Assembly (NCBI GenBank): GCA_965228875.1
Contig: OZ245843.1
Coordinates: 3,640,616-3,704,615 of the forward strand
DNA from: Thalassobaculaceae bacterium
GTDB taxonomy: Bacteria > Pseudomonadota > Alphaproteobacteria > Thalassobaculales > Thalassobaculaceae
DNA length: 64,000 nucleotides
Direction of reading: 5' to 3'
Below the pieces are notes generated by a model that saw nothing but the letters and a program-made list of their open reading frames with translations, did no database searches and had not been told where the DNA came from. Shown here one piece after another: positions 38,049-47,495 of the stretch. Each line of letters begins with the position of its first letter. Position 1 is the stretch's first letter. The position numbers were made by a program, and so were the translations under genes.

Positions 38049-38432
38049 TCAGGCGGCGAAGCCGATGATCCAGGCGACCACGGTCAGGACCACGGTGCCG
38101 CCGAGCGTCATCATGTTCGCCTTCTCCGCCGTCTCCAGCTCGAACCCGTAGCCGGCGTCCCAGAACAGGTGCCGGATGCCGTTGCACAGGTGGTACATCA
38201 GCGCCGCGGTGAAGCCGAACAGCACCAGCAGGCCGAACCACGATCCCAGCACGCCCTGGGCGACCGCGAAGGCGTCCGGCCCGGCGGCGGCGGCGAGCAG
38301 CCACCAGACCAGCAGAACGGTCCCGGCGGACAGGGCGACGCCGGTTGCCCGGTGAGAGATCGACATGACCGCCGTGAGAGGCAGCCGGTAGACCTGAAGA
38401 TGCGGCGACAGCGGCCGGTTATGAGCGCTCAT
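38049..38432 (-). CDS. sdhC: Succinate dehydrogenase cytochrome b556
   Basis: RPLSPHLQVY, SISHRATG, HLCNGIRHLFWD. Confidence 0.96.
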   Translation of the reverse strand: MSAHNRPLSPHLQVYRLPLTAVMSISHRATGVALSAGTVLLVWWLLAAAAGPDAFAVAQGVLGSWFGLLVLFGFTAALMYHLCNGIRHLFWDAGYGFELETAEKANMMTLGGTVVLTVVAWIIGFAA

Positions 38433-38433
38433 T

Positions 38434-38471
38434 CTTCCCTCATGCTCGCTGGCTTCCCTCATGCTCGCTGG
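38434..38471. repeat. Perfect 19-bp tandem duplication over the sdhC ribosome-binding site
   Basis: CTTCCCTCATGCTCGCTGG x2. Confidence 0.9.
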
Positions 38472-38859
38472 CATCGCCGGGCGGCGGTGCCGGTTCGCCC
38501 CGACGGCGGCACGGTGCGGCTCGCGGATCCCGTGCCCCGACGAATCCGACCCGTCTTATAGACCATCACGGGTCAGCCTCAAACCAGACCTTCGTCCGCC
38601 CGCCAGAAAAGTCCAGCCTCGCGGATCGATGGACCGGCGTTTTCCACAGCCGATGCGGGCATCCGGACGGACAGGGAGAACGCGTTGATTTCGTGGAGCC
38701 ATTGAGCGTCGGCACAGCACCCGGGCTGTGGATATGTCAGTGGATAATAATCAAATAAGATGTGAAAAATATTTTGGCTGGCGATATTGCGAGTTCCGCA
38801 GGAACCCGGCAGATTTTTACTTGCCACACGAAAGAACCGGTGTCACGCTACTTTCATCG

Positions 38860-39105
38860 CGCGGGGCCTTGACCCGCCTACCTTTGGTGACCCGGACCAT
38901 CCGGGCTCCCGAGTCGGGTGGGCGGCGTAGAGGCCCGGTCCGGGCCGGTGCCACCTCTCCTGGGGTGAGCCGGCCACCGTTGACGCTGCAGCGCGGCCGG
39001 CGCGGCTGCCCTCAGGGGCGCCGTCGGCGCGGGGGTCTCCGCCCCGCGATCGCCGACCTCTCCGGGCCAAGGGGAGGGTCGGCGACGGGCCGCCGGGCAG
39101 CGACC
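38860..39105. ncRNA. Candidate structured ncRNA (unassigned)
   Basis: Dense nested hairpins in a ~900-bp intergenic gap after an AT-rich promoter-like tract; no family recognised. Confidence 0.3.
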
Positions 39106-39336
39106 GTCCCAACGGACCGGACCGGTGGCGGATGACCTCGTCGGGCCTGTGCCGGCGGAGTCCGTGCCAAGACACTCGCTCATGGCACGATCCGGCGACC
39201 ACCGCCCCCGCGCGACCTGATTTCCCTCACCGGTCCCGGACCGATCCGTTCCGCGCGGGCCAAGCCTCTTTGCTGCCCAATTCGCCGTGATAGTCTGGCG
39301 CGCATGCAAGCATCCGCCCCGCACGTCGAGGATCCC

Positions 39337-39840
39337 ATGCCGCGCCTGTCCGGCCTCTGCCTTGTTGTCCCGCTTCTTCTGATGCTGGCCAGCGCCGGCG
39401 CCGAAGCCGCCTGCACCGACCCGCCCGGTCCCGGAGTCGACTGGCGACGGTGCAACTTCGACCGGGTCGACCTGGAGCGGATCGACGTGAGCGGCGGACG
39501 GTTCGACGATTCCTCGTTCAACCGCGCCAAACTGGCCGGATCCGACTTCTCGCGGATCCAGGGCGGGCGGGCCCGCTTCATCGGCGCGGACCTCGAAGCG
39601 GCGCGTTTCGAGGGTGCGCGCCTGAAGTTCGCCGATTTCAGTCAGGCGGACCTGACCGGCGCGTCCTTCGTCGACGCCGACCTGGTCGACGCCCGCATGG
39701 TATCGGCCGTTCTGCGCGGTGCCGACCTCTCCGGCGCCCGGATCCGCGATGTCGACTTCTTCCGCGCCGACCTGTCGGGAGCGACCTGGATCGACGGCGA
39801 GCGGGTCTGCGCCGAAGGGTCGATCACCTTCTGCCGCTGA
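39337..39840 (+). CDS. Secreted pentapeptide-repeat protein
   Basis: Signal peptide, ACTDPPGPGVDW..C, A(D/N)LxG repeats, GATWIDG..C..GS...C. Confidence 0.9.
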   Translation: MPRLSGLCLVVPLLLMLASAGAEAACTDPPGPGVDWRRCNFDRVDLERIDVSGGRFDDSSFNRAKLAGSDFSRIQGGRARFIGADLEAARFEGARLKFADFSQADLTGASFVDADLVDARMVSAVLRGADLSGARIRDVDFFRADLSGATWIDGERVCAEGSITFCR

Positions 39841-39888
39841 CCGCGGCGCTCCCTCGTCGGGCGGTGCCCTTCCGCTTCCATTTGCAAG

Positions 39889-40002
39889 GAGCGCGATCGC
39901 TTCAGATCGACTTGCCCTGAAGCGTGAATTGCCCTCTAAGCCATTAAATATAGAGCAGATTCACACGACCAGATGTTTCCCTCTGATCGTGATTTGCACT
40001 AG
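39889..40002 (-). repeat. RIME1/CIR-like element, full copy, inverted relative to 34763
   Basis: Reverse complement aligns over ~113 bp with the 34763-34878 copy. Confidence 0.88.
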
Positions 40003-40011
40003 TCTCGCGCG

Positions 40012-40869
40012 ATGTTCAGCGACGCCATCGATCTGCGGGATTTCTACGATGCCCCGCTCGGCCATCTGGCACGGCGCATGCTGCGGCGCCGGGTGCGGGA
40101 GCTGTGGTCGGATCTGCGCGGCCAGTCGCTGCTCGGCCTGGGGTTTCCCACGCCCTATCTGCGGCCGTTTCGCGGCGAGGCGGACCGCGTGCTGGCCTTC
40201 ATGCCGGCACAGCAGGGAGTCCTGCACTGGCCGCCGGAGGGCCCGAACCTGACCGCCCTTGTCGACGAGGGCGAACTGCCGCTGGAGGATGCGTCGATTG
40301 ATCGCATCCTCGTCATCCATGCCCTCGAGGGCACCGAGCAGCGGGCGGCGATGATGAGCGAGCTGTGGCGGGTGCTGGCGGCGAACGGCCGGATCCTCAT
40401 GGTGGCGCCGAACCGGCGGGGACTGTGGGCGCGCTTCGACCACACGCCGTTCGGCCACGGACAGCCCTACACCATCGGACAACTCTCCCGGCTGCTGCGG
40501 GAGTCGCGCTTTACGCCGACGCGCACGGTGAACGCCGTCTACACCCCGCCCTACACCTCCGGACTGCTTCTGCGCTCCGCACCGGCGGTCGAAAGGGTCG
40601 GCGACCGCTGGTTCAAGACCTTCGCCGGCGTCGTCATGATCGAGGCGCAGAAACAGGTGTACGCCATCCGTCGCGACCGCAAGCGCGTCCTCGCCCGGGC
40701 CCGCGAACTCATCGCGGCACCGGGCGCCCGCCCGGTGCCGGCGCCCCACGCCGTCCATCCATCGAAAGCAATCACCAACCACCACCCAGGAGGAAATCCC
40801 GAATGTACATCGTTGCCGTCAATCTGGTCGTGGCCCCCGAGAACGCCGACACCTTCGCCGAACGCCTGA
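40012..40869 (+). CDS. Class I SAM methyltransferase (YafS-like)
   Basis: DLRDFY..PLG, LGLGFPTPYL, ELWRVLAANG, PNRRGLWA; 3' end overlaps the next gene by 67 nt. Confidence 0.85.
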   Translation: MFSDAIDLRDFYDAPLGHLARRMLRRRVRELWSDLRGQSLLGLGFPTPYLRPFRGEADRVLAFMPAQQGVLHWPPEGPNLTALVDEGELPLEDASIDRILVIHALEGTEQRAAMMSELWRVLAANGRILMVAPNRRGLWARFDHTPFGHGQPYTIGQLSRLLRESRFTPTRTVNAVYTPPYTSGLLLRSAPAVERVGDRWFKTFAGVVMIEAQKQVYAIRRDRKRVLARARELIAAPGARPVPAPHAVHPSKAITNHHPGGNPECTSLPSIWSWPPRTPTPSPNA

Positions 40870-41087
40870 AGCAGCACGCCAAGAACAGCCTGACCCAGTC
40901 CGGCTGCCTCGGCTTCTCGGTCAGCGCCGACCACGACGCGCCGGGATCGTTCCACCTCTGGGAGGTGTACAAGGACGCCGCCGCCTTCGAGGAGCACAAG
41001 AACGCCGACTTCATGGCCGATTTCCGCGACTTCTCCGCCCCGCTGGTGCAGAACCGGGTCCTGGCGACCGGCGATCAGATCGCCTGA
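40803..41087 (+). CDS. ABM-family (quinol monooxygenase-like) protein
   Basis: GGAGG SD; GCLGF, FHLWEVYKDAAAFEEH. Confidence 0.85.
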   Translation: MYIVAVNLVVAPENADTFAERLKQHAKNSLTQSGCLGFSVSADHDAPGSFHLWEVYKDAAAFEEHKNADFMADFRDFSAPLVQNRVLATGDQIA

Positions 41088-41108
41088 CCGGGCCATCGCC
41101 CCGCAAGA

Positions 41109-41123
41109 GTTCTTGTTTTGTTC
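41109..41123 (+). promoter_or_regulatory. Alphaproteobacterial LexA box
   Basis: GTTC-TTGTTTT-GTTC, exact GTTC-N7-GTTC, 55 nt upstream of the 41178 start. Confidence 0.7.
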
Positions 41124-41177
41124 TAAAGATCGCGCTATCCTCCCGGACCCTATCGACGGCGACCGGGAGGATCGGCC

Positions 41178-41981
41178 ATGGCGCACACGTTCCGCGACCT
41201 GCACGCACAGCCCGGAGCCTTCGTCATCCCCAATCCGTGGGACACCGGGTCGGCGCGGATTCTGGCCGCCATGGGCTTCCCCGCCCTGGCCACCACGAGC
41301 GCCGGAATGGCCTTCGCCCTCGGCATTCCGGAGGGCAGCGCCACGCCGGAGCAGGTGATCGACCACTGCCGCGAGATCGTCGCGGCGACGCCTCTACCGG
41401 TTTCCGCCGACCTCGAGAAAGGGTTCGGCGACAGTCCCGAGAGCGTGGCCGACACGATCCGGGCCGCCGCGGCGACGGGCCTGGCCGGCGGCTCGATCGA
41501 AGACCATACCGGAAGCGAAACGGACCCGATCTACGACTTCCCGCTGGCGGTGGAGCGGATCGCCGCGGCGGTCGAGGCCGCGCGCGGCCTGCCGGTCGAC
41601 TTCGTGCTAACGGCGCGCTGCGAGAACCTGCTGTGGGGCCGGACGGACCTGGACGACACGATCCGCCGGCTGCAAGCCTACGAGGCGGCCGGTGCCGACG
41701 TGCTCTACGCGCCCGGGCTGCACGACCTGGAGACGATCCGCACCGTGTGCTCCGCCGTGTCCAGGCCAGTCAACGTGGTCATGGGCATGCCGGGCGCCAC
41801 CTTCGGCGTCGACGCGCTGGCCGAGGCCGGGGTCAAGAGGATCAGTGTCGGATCGGCCCTGGCCCGGCTGGCCTATGGCGTGTTCATCGAGGCCGCGCGG
41901 GAGATGCGGGCGGGCGGAACCTTCGGCTTCTCCGACCGGGCGATGGGTTTCGCCGAGATTCAGGCCCACTTCACCGGCTGA
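41178..41981 (+). CDS. Isocitrate lyase/PEP mutase family protein
   Basis: PNPWD.GSA, ATTSAG, ADLEKGFG, IED, AGADVLYAPG. Confidence 0.9.
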   Translation: MAHTFRDLHAQPGAFVIPNPWDTGSARILAAMGFPALATTSAGMAFALGIPEGSATPEQVIDHCREIVAATPLPVSADLEKGFGDSPESVADTIRAAAATGLAGGSIEDHTGSETDPIYDFPLAVERIAAAVEAARGLPVDFVLTARCENLLWGRTDLDDTIRRLQAYEAAGADVLYAPGLHDLETIRTVCSAVSRPVNVVMGMPGATFGVDALAEAGVKRISVGSALARLAYGVFIEAAREMRAGGTFGFSDRAMGFAEIQAHFTG

Positions 41982-42026
41982 TCTGCGGAGCGGATTGCGG
42001 CCCGGACTGCGCCCCTCCCCCGGTTG

Positions 42027-42773
42027 TCAGGCGGCCACGCTGAGCTTGTCCTGGACGCCGAACCGCTCGAGCAGCGCGGCGATCGTCCCGTCGGCTTTGG
42101 CGGCGGCGAGGAACCCGGCGATCTCCGTCTGCAGGGCAGCGTTGTCCGGCTTCGTGCCGACGGCCTGGCGGACGGCGGTGTAACGGCCGTCGAGGATGCG
42201 TTGACCGCCGAGGGTGGCGGCATTGTCCTTCAGCGCCGGGCGCAGGCCGGCAAGCGCGTCGAGCCCTTCGCCGGTATACAGGTCGAGCGCGCCCTGCAGT
42301 CCCTCGGCCCGGCACAGTTCCGCGTGCCGCAGCGTGCGGCTGAGATACAGGTCGTAAGCCGATCGGTCCGACACCGCGATCCGCACCCCCGGCACGTCGA
42401 CCGCCGCGATATCCGTCAGGGTCGAGCCCTCGGGCACCATGTAGGTCGCCTCGATCTCCACATAGGCGTCGACGAAAGCGATGGTCCGGGCCCGCTCCGG
42501 CTCCTCGGCGATCAGGGCGATATCCCAGGCGTCCTCGGCCAGCGCGTCCGCCACCTTGCCCGGCGAGGCGAAGGGGACGAGTTCAAGCGTCAGCCCGAGG
42601 CGGTCGGCGATCAGGCCGGCGAGACTCGGCGCCACACCCTCGGGAGCACCGTCGGCCGTCCGCCCGGTCACCAGCAGGATGTTTCCGAGGTTGATCCCCG
42701 CCCGCAGGGTCCCGGGTCTCGACAGCTCGGCGGCGATCCCGGCCGCGGTCGTGGTGGCATTGTCGGCACTCAT
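42027..42773 (-). CDS. Substrate-binding protein family 3 domain
   Basis: GTLRAGINLGN, WDIA, SAYDLYLSR; no clear signal peptide, no permease adjacent. Confidence 0.8.
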   Translation of the reverse strand: MSADNATTTAAGIAAELSRPGTLRAGINLGNILLVTGRTADGAPEGVAPSLAGLIADRLGLTLELVPFASPGKVADALAEDAWDIALIAEEPERARTIAFVDAYVEIEATYMVPEGSTLTDIAAVDVPGVRIAVSDRSAYDLYLSRTLRHAELCRAEGLQGALDLYTGEGLDALAGLRPALKDNAATLGGQRILDGRYTAVRQAVGTKPDNAALQTEIAGFLAAAKADGTIAALLERFGVQDKLSVAA

Positions 42774-42877
42774 GGCGGTCTCCGGTCCGGTTGCTCGCCC
42801 GCCAGCCTAGCCGAAGGCCCGTTGCGTTCGTACCGCCGATCATACCGACTGTCGCGCCGCCGGTACCGGGAGCGCCG

Positions 42878-43936
42878 TCAGCCGACCTCCAGGACGATCT
42901 TCCCGGTATAGCCCTTCTCGGCGAAGGTCGCCTGCGCCGTCCGGATCTCGCGGAGCGGGAAGGTCCGGGCGACCAGCGGTCGAATCTCGCCACGCTCGAT
43001 CCGCTTCACCAGCGCGGCGAAGACGCCGTCGTCGAGGGCGGTGCAGCCGAAGAAGCTGAGATCCTTGAGGTACAGGGTCCGCACGTCGAGTTCCACCAGC
43101 GCGCCGCCGACCGCGCCCGCGACCGCGTAGCGCCCCCCCGGTCGCAGAACCTCCAGGAGACTGGGCCATTTCGCACCGGCAACGAGATCGATGACGACGT
43201 CGACACTGTCGCGGCCGAGCTCGGCCGCGTAATCGGCATCGCGGTCCAGCGTCCGCGCCGCGCCAAGGTCCCGCAGCGCGGACGCCTTCGGCGGGCTCGT
43301 CACCGCGATCACCGACGCGTCCCGCGCTCGGGCGAGCTGGACCGCCGCCGAGCCGACGCCACCCGACGCGCCGGTGACGAGAACGGTGTCGCCGGCCGCG
43401 ACGCCGGCCCGCGTCAGCATGTTCTCGGCGGTCGAGTACGAGCACGGGAACGAGGCGAGCTCGACATCCGTCAGGGCGCTGTCGATGCCATGGGCGTGGC
43501 GGGAGGCGACGCGCGTGTACTGGGCGAAGGCGCCGTCGCATTCGGAACCGAAGAACCACGGCGTCTCAAGCGTCTCGCCGCCGGCCTCGCGCAGGCACGG
43601 CTCGACCAGCACCCGCTCGCCGATCCGCGCCGGATCGACCCCGGCCCCCACGGCGACGATGCGGCCGCAGGCGTCGATGCCCTGGATATGGGGAAACGTC
43701 AGCGGCTTGCCCGACCACGTGGCATCCTCCGCCTTCGCCCCGGCCTTGGAGTACCAGGCCGTGCGGGTATTGATGTCGGTGTTGTTCACGCCGGCGGCCG
43801 CGACCCGGATCAGCACCTCCCCCGCCGCCGGCGCCGGCACCGCCAGATCGTCCCGCCAGGCCAGCATATCGAGACCGCCGTGGCCGGTCAGGACGACGCC
43901 GGACATCGTGTCGGGCAACGCGTGTGCTTCGGGCAT
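42878..43936 (-). CDS. MDR alcohol dehydrogenase family
   Basis: GVNNTDINTR, TGASGGVG, GKIVL. Confidence 0.9.
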   Translation of the reverse strand: MPEAHALPDTMSGVVLTGHGGLDMLAWRDDLAVPAPAAGEVLIRVAAAGVNNTDINTRTAWYSKAGAKAEDATWSGKPLTFPHIQGIDACGRIVAVGAGVDPARIGERVLVEPCLREAGGETLETPWFFGSECDGAFAQYTRVASRHAHGIDSALTDVELASFPCSYSTAENMLTRAGVAAGDTVLVTGASGGVGSAAVQLARARDASVIAVTSPPKASALRDLGAARTLDRDADYAAELGRDSVDVVIDLVAGAKWPSLLEVLRPGGRYAVAGAVGGALVELDVRTLYLKDLSFFGCTALDDGVFAALVKRIERGEIRPLVARTFPLREIRTAQATFAEKGYTGKIVLEVG

Positions 43937-43948
43937 GGGGATCCTCCG

Positions 43949-43992
43949 GTAGAACGGTTTCTCTACTTGCCTGAGTAGAATGTTCGCTCTAC
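43949..43992. promoter_or_regulatory. Two TetR-type operators
   Basis: GTAGAACGGTTTCTCTAC and GTAGAATGTTCGCTCTAC between divergent ADH and TetR genes. Confidence 0.75.
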
Positions 43993-44002
43993 ATCGTCAA
44001 GC

Positions 44003-44524
44003 ATGATCGGAACGCAGGAGAAAATCGCCGCCGGCCTTGAACGGGCCTTCGCGCGCCACGGCTTCGCCGAGCCCAACATCGAGACCCTGCGCGACGCCGC
44101 CGGGGTCAGTCTGCGCACGCTGTACAAGTATGCCCCGTCGCGCGACGAGATGGTCCGCAGCGCCCTGGAGCACCGCCACCGGCGCTACATGGACCGGGTG
44201 TTCGCCGACCTGCCGGCCGATCCCGGCCCGGCGCTGGCGACACTCGTGGAGCGGGTCGCCGACTGGATGGCGGGCGAGGCGGCGCACGGGTGTCTGTTCC
44301 ATGGCGCCGTCGCCGCGGCACCCGACGACCCCCGTCTTCGGGAACTGCTCGGGCGGCACAAGTCGGAAGTCGCGCGCCGCGCCGCGGCAGCCGCCGGCAT
44401 CCCGGAGAGGGAGGCCGACCTCCTGCTGATCCTCGAGGGCCTCACCCAGACCTGGCCGCTGCTCGGCGATGCCGCCGTGGCGAGCGCCAAGCGCCTGGGC
44501 GCCTGCCTCATCGCCGACCGGTAG
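44003..44524 (+). CDS. TetR/AcrR regulator
   Basis: FARHGF, AAGVSLRTLYKY, GCLF. Confidence 0.9.
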   Translation: MIGTQEKIAAGLERAFARHGFAEPNIETLRDAAGVSLRTLYKYAPSRDEMVRSALEHRHRRYMDRVFADLPADPGPALATLVERVADWMAGEAAHGCLFHGAVAAAPDDPRLRELLGRHKSEVARRAAAAAGIPEREADLLLILEGLTQTWPLLGDAAVASAKRLGACLIADR

Positions 44525-44579
44525 GGCGGCGCCCGGCGGCAACGGTTCCGCGCCGCCGGCCCGTACCACCGATGCGACC

Positions 44580-46385
44580 CTACGCGGCGGCCTCGGCGCC
44601 GGCGTTGGCCAGGATCTGGCGCAGGTGGGTCCGCATATCGGTCACCGCTTCGGTGATACGGCTTGAGGATTCCGACATGTGACCGCTCATGGAGCCGGTC
44701 TTCTCGGCGGCGCTCGCCACCCCCTCGTTGACGCCGGCCACCCGATGGGCGCGGTCGGCCACGTCCTCGACGGTGCCGGTGATCGCTCCGGTCTCCAGGC
44801 TCAGGGTCTCGATCCCGTCCGCCACCTCGGTCATCCCGCTATCGACGGTCCGCAACCGCTCCTGGATCGCGTCGGTCGCCGCCGCCACCCTGTCTATACT
44901 GGAACGGAATCCGCTGACCTGATCGGCGATGCGCACGGTGGCGTCGGCGGTCTGGCCCGACAGTGTCTTGACCTCGCCGGCGACCACCGCGAAACCCTTG
45001 CCCGCCTCGCCGGCGCGGGCCGCCTCGATGGTGGCGTTGAGCGCCAGGAGATTGGTCTGCTCGGCGATGTTCTGGATCAGTTCGACCACGCTGCCGATCC
45101 GGACAGCGGTCTCGGTGAGGTCCCGCACCACGGCGGCGACATTGTCCGCCTCGGCCGCCACCTCGCTGGTCAGCGTGCGCTGCGAGCGGACGGTGCCGGC
45201 GATCGTCTGCGAGGTCTCGCTGAGGCGACGCACCACCGCCCGAACGTCCTGGATGAAAGTCGCGCTCTCCTCGGCCAGAGCATGGGACTGGGTCGACCGC
45301 GACAGCGTGTCGCTCGCCAGACTGTTCAGCTCGGCCGAGATCTCGACCAGTTTCTCCACGCTCTCGGTGACGACGGAGACCCGCGACCCCATGCCGGTCT
45401 CGATCTCGGAACTCAGCGTGGCAAGCTGCTGCGAAAGCTTGCGCTCGCGCGCCGCCCGCTCGGCTTCCTGGGCGGTCCGCATCTCCGAGATCTCGGTCAG
45501 GGCCGCCTTGAACCGCTGAATGCCGCCGGCGAGCGCGCCGATCTCGTCGCTGCGGTCGGTATAGGAGACCTCGGCCTCCTCCTCGTTGGCGATGGCGCGC
45601 AGGGCGCCGGACAGGCGCGACAGGGCACCGGTCACGAGATGACGCATGACCGCCCAAACCGCGAGATTGGCAACCAGAACCCCGGCAACGCTGATGCCGA
45701 CGATCAGGATCAGCGCGTTGGTCAGCGTCCGCTCGACGCTCGCCTCCGCCGCGTGGATCCGGTCGACCTGATCGAGAATGGCGTTGCGGGTGGTCTCGGC
45801 CGCCAGGGCCTGGTCGACGATCGTGCTCTTCAGCTCGGCGACCTTCAGTTTCAGGGCATCCGGGCTGGCGGCGGTGGACGCGACCTCCTCGACCTTGGCG
45901 GAAACAACCGTCGGATCGGCGCCCCTGAGCACGAGTTCCTCGACCGTGTCGGTGAACGCGTCGTTCTCGAACAGACCGTAGGCGATGCCGACCCCGCCAT
46001 CGGTCTCCTTGACGACGAAGCGACCCGGTTTCTGCAGGTCGCGGCGCTCACCGCGTTTCCTGAAGCGCGCGACGATCTCGTCCCGGCCGGCAAAGCGACG
46101 GGTCTCCACCTCGAACGTCGCCGTGGCCCAGGCCGTCAGCACGGGCAGGGGATCGGTCTGGAGCCGGTCCGGAATCGCGACCAGCTTGGCCTGAAGGTCG
46201 AAGACTTCGGCGCGCAGCTCGCTGTTCAGGTCCCGGAACAGGGTGGCGCGTGCCTCCTGCTCATCCATCAACTGGTTGACGACGGAGATGTAGACACCGG
46301 CCAGTCCCCCCAGGATCAGGCACAGGGTGCAGGCAAGCGCGACGGTGAGCTTTACGTTCAGGCGCGATCGGATGAACGCGAGCAT
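44580..46385 (-). CDS. Methyl-accepting chemotaxis protein
   Basis: Two TMs, HAMP (RSDEIGALA), [34 protein letters not shown]. Confidence 0.93.
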   Translation of the reverse strand: MLAFIRSRLNVKLTVALACTLCLILGGLAGVYISVVNQLMDEQEARATLFRDLNSELRAEVFDLQAKLVAIPDRLQTDPLPVLTAWATATFEVETRRFAGRDEIVARFRKRGERRDLQKPGRFVVKETDGGVGIAYGLFENDAFTDTVEELVLRGADPTVVSAKVEEVASTAASPDALKLKVAELKSTIVDQALAAETTRNAILDQVDRIHAAEASVERTLTNALILIVGISVAGVLVANLAVWAVMRHLVTGALSRLSGALRAIANEEEAEVSYTDRSDEIGALAGGIQRFKAALTEISEMRTAQEAERAARERKLSQQLATLSSEIETGMGSRVSVVTESVEKLVEISAELNSLASDTLSRSTQSHALAEESATFIQDVRAVVRRLSETSQTIAGTVRSQRTLTSEVAAEADNVAAVVRDLTETAVRIGSVVELIQNIAEQTNLLALNATIEAARAGEAGKGFAVVAGEVKTLSGQTADATVRIADQVSGFRSSIDRVAAATDAIQERLRTVDSGMTEVADGIETLSLETGAITGTVEDVADRAHRVAGVNEGVASAAEKTGSMSGHMSESSSRITEAVTDMRTHLRQILANAGAEAAA

Positions 46386-46523
46386 GCGGGCGGCCTCACG
46401 GATACGTTCCGGTAGTGGGTTGGTATCGATTGAATCAGGCGGTCAGGATCTTCGGCGCGATCCGATCAAGACCCCTCGCAAGTCCCCTCGTCGGATCACG
46501 AGAATCAGTTTACGGCACGAATG

Positions 46524-46538
46524 CTAACCAAATATTAA
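46524..46538. promoter_or_regulatory. CtrA-box-like site upstream of the MCP
   Basis: CTAA-CCAAATA-TTAA (minus strand TTAA-N7-TTAG), with GAATC sites nearby. Confidence 0.5.
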
Positions 46539-46705
46539 TCATTCATTCCAAATACATCGAAAATTATGCATTGCACACAAACCCGGTCCAACCTCCGGCG
46601 GACCACCACGCGGGTCTACCCGGTCGGGTCGCGGCTTGCCTTACGCAGTGCGCTCCGATAGGTCTTGCCGGTTTTCTTTTGGTCGTCCTCTCAAGGAATG
46701 CCGGA

Positions 46706-47467
46706 ATGGCGGATGTCGCGCCCTCGCTGGCCCAGCTCCGGGCCGAAATCGATCGCATCGACGACGAGCTGCTGGCCACGCTCGAGCGCCGCGTTGCGAT
46801 CGGTCGGCGCGTGGCCGCGGCCAAGGGCGATGCGACCGGCCCCTATCTGCGGCCGGGGCGCGAGGCGGCGATCCTGCGGCGGCTCTCCGCTGCGGCCAGC
46901 GACGACCTGCCCATCGCGACGCTGGAGCGGATCTGGCGGGAGATCCTCGGGGCCAACCTCTCCCGGCAGGTGGACCCGCTGACGGTTGTCTACGCACCGG
47001 CCGGAGCCGATGGCGTGTTCGACCTGGCACGCGACCGGGGCGGCGCCGCGACGCGGATCGAGCGTGCCGACAGCGCCGCCGAGGCGATCCGCGCCTGCGT
47101 CGACGGCCGGGCCACCCTGTCCGTGCTGCCGGACATCGCCGACACGCGCTGGCGCTGGTGGCCGGAGCTTATCGAGGAATCCGCCCCGAGGCCGCGCGTC
47201 ATCGCGCGGCTTCCGCTTTTTCAGGCCGCCGGTTCGCCGGCCTACGGCGTCGCCGCCCAGGAGCCGGATCCGTCCGGCGACGACGTGACGCTGTACGCCG
47301 TGCGCGGCGCCGCGGAGGGCGCGCTGGACACGGCTGAGATCGAGGGGACCCACTGGTCGCTGATCGCCGCCGACGGCTATCTGGAGGTCGGGCATATTCC
47401 GGCCGGCGCGGCGCTGATCGGCGCCTACGCCCGGCCCGAGACCTCCCGCTCGACGACGAGCACCTGA
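46706..47467 (+). CDS. Chorismate mutase with degenerate PDT-like tail
   Basis: LAQLRAEIDRIDDELL...RPGREAAILRRL; precedes hisC-tyrC. Confidence 0.85.
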   Translation: MADVAPSLAQLRAEIDRIDDELLATLERRVAIGRRVAAAKGDATGPYLRPGREAAILRRLSAAASDDLPIATLERIWREILGANLSRQVDPLTVVYAPAGADGVFDLARDRGGAATRIERADSAAEAIRACVDGRATLSVLPDIADTRWRWWPELIEESAPRPRVIARLPLFQAAGSPAYGVAAQEPDPSGDDVTLYAVRGAAEGALDTAEIEGTHWSLIAADGYLEVGHIPAGAALIGAYARPETSRSTTST

Positions 47468-47495
47468 CCCGATTCTTCCGTCCGAGGACTGTCCT

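Noticed and set aside
38728..39324. Small ORFs in the sdhC upstream gap
   Set aside because: Arg/Pro/Gly-rich translations with no SD or domain features.
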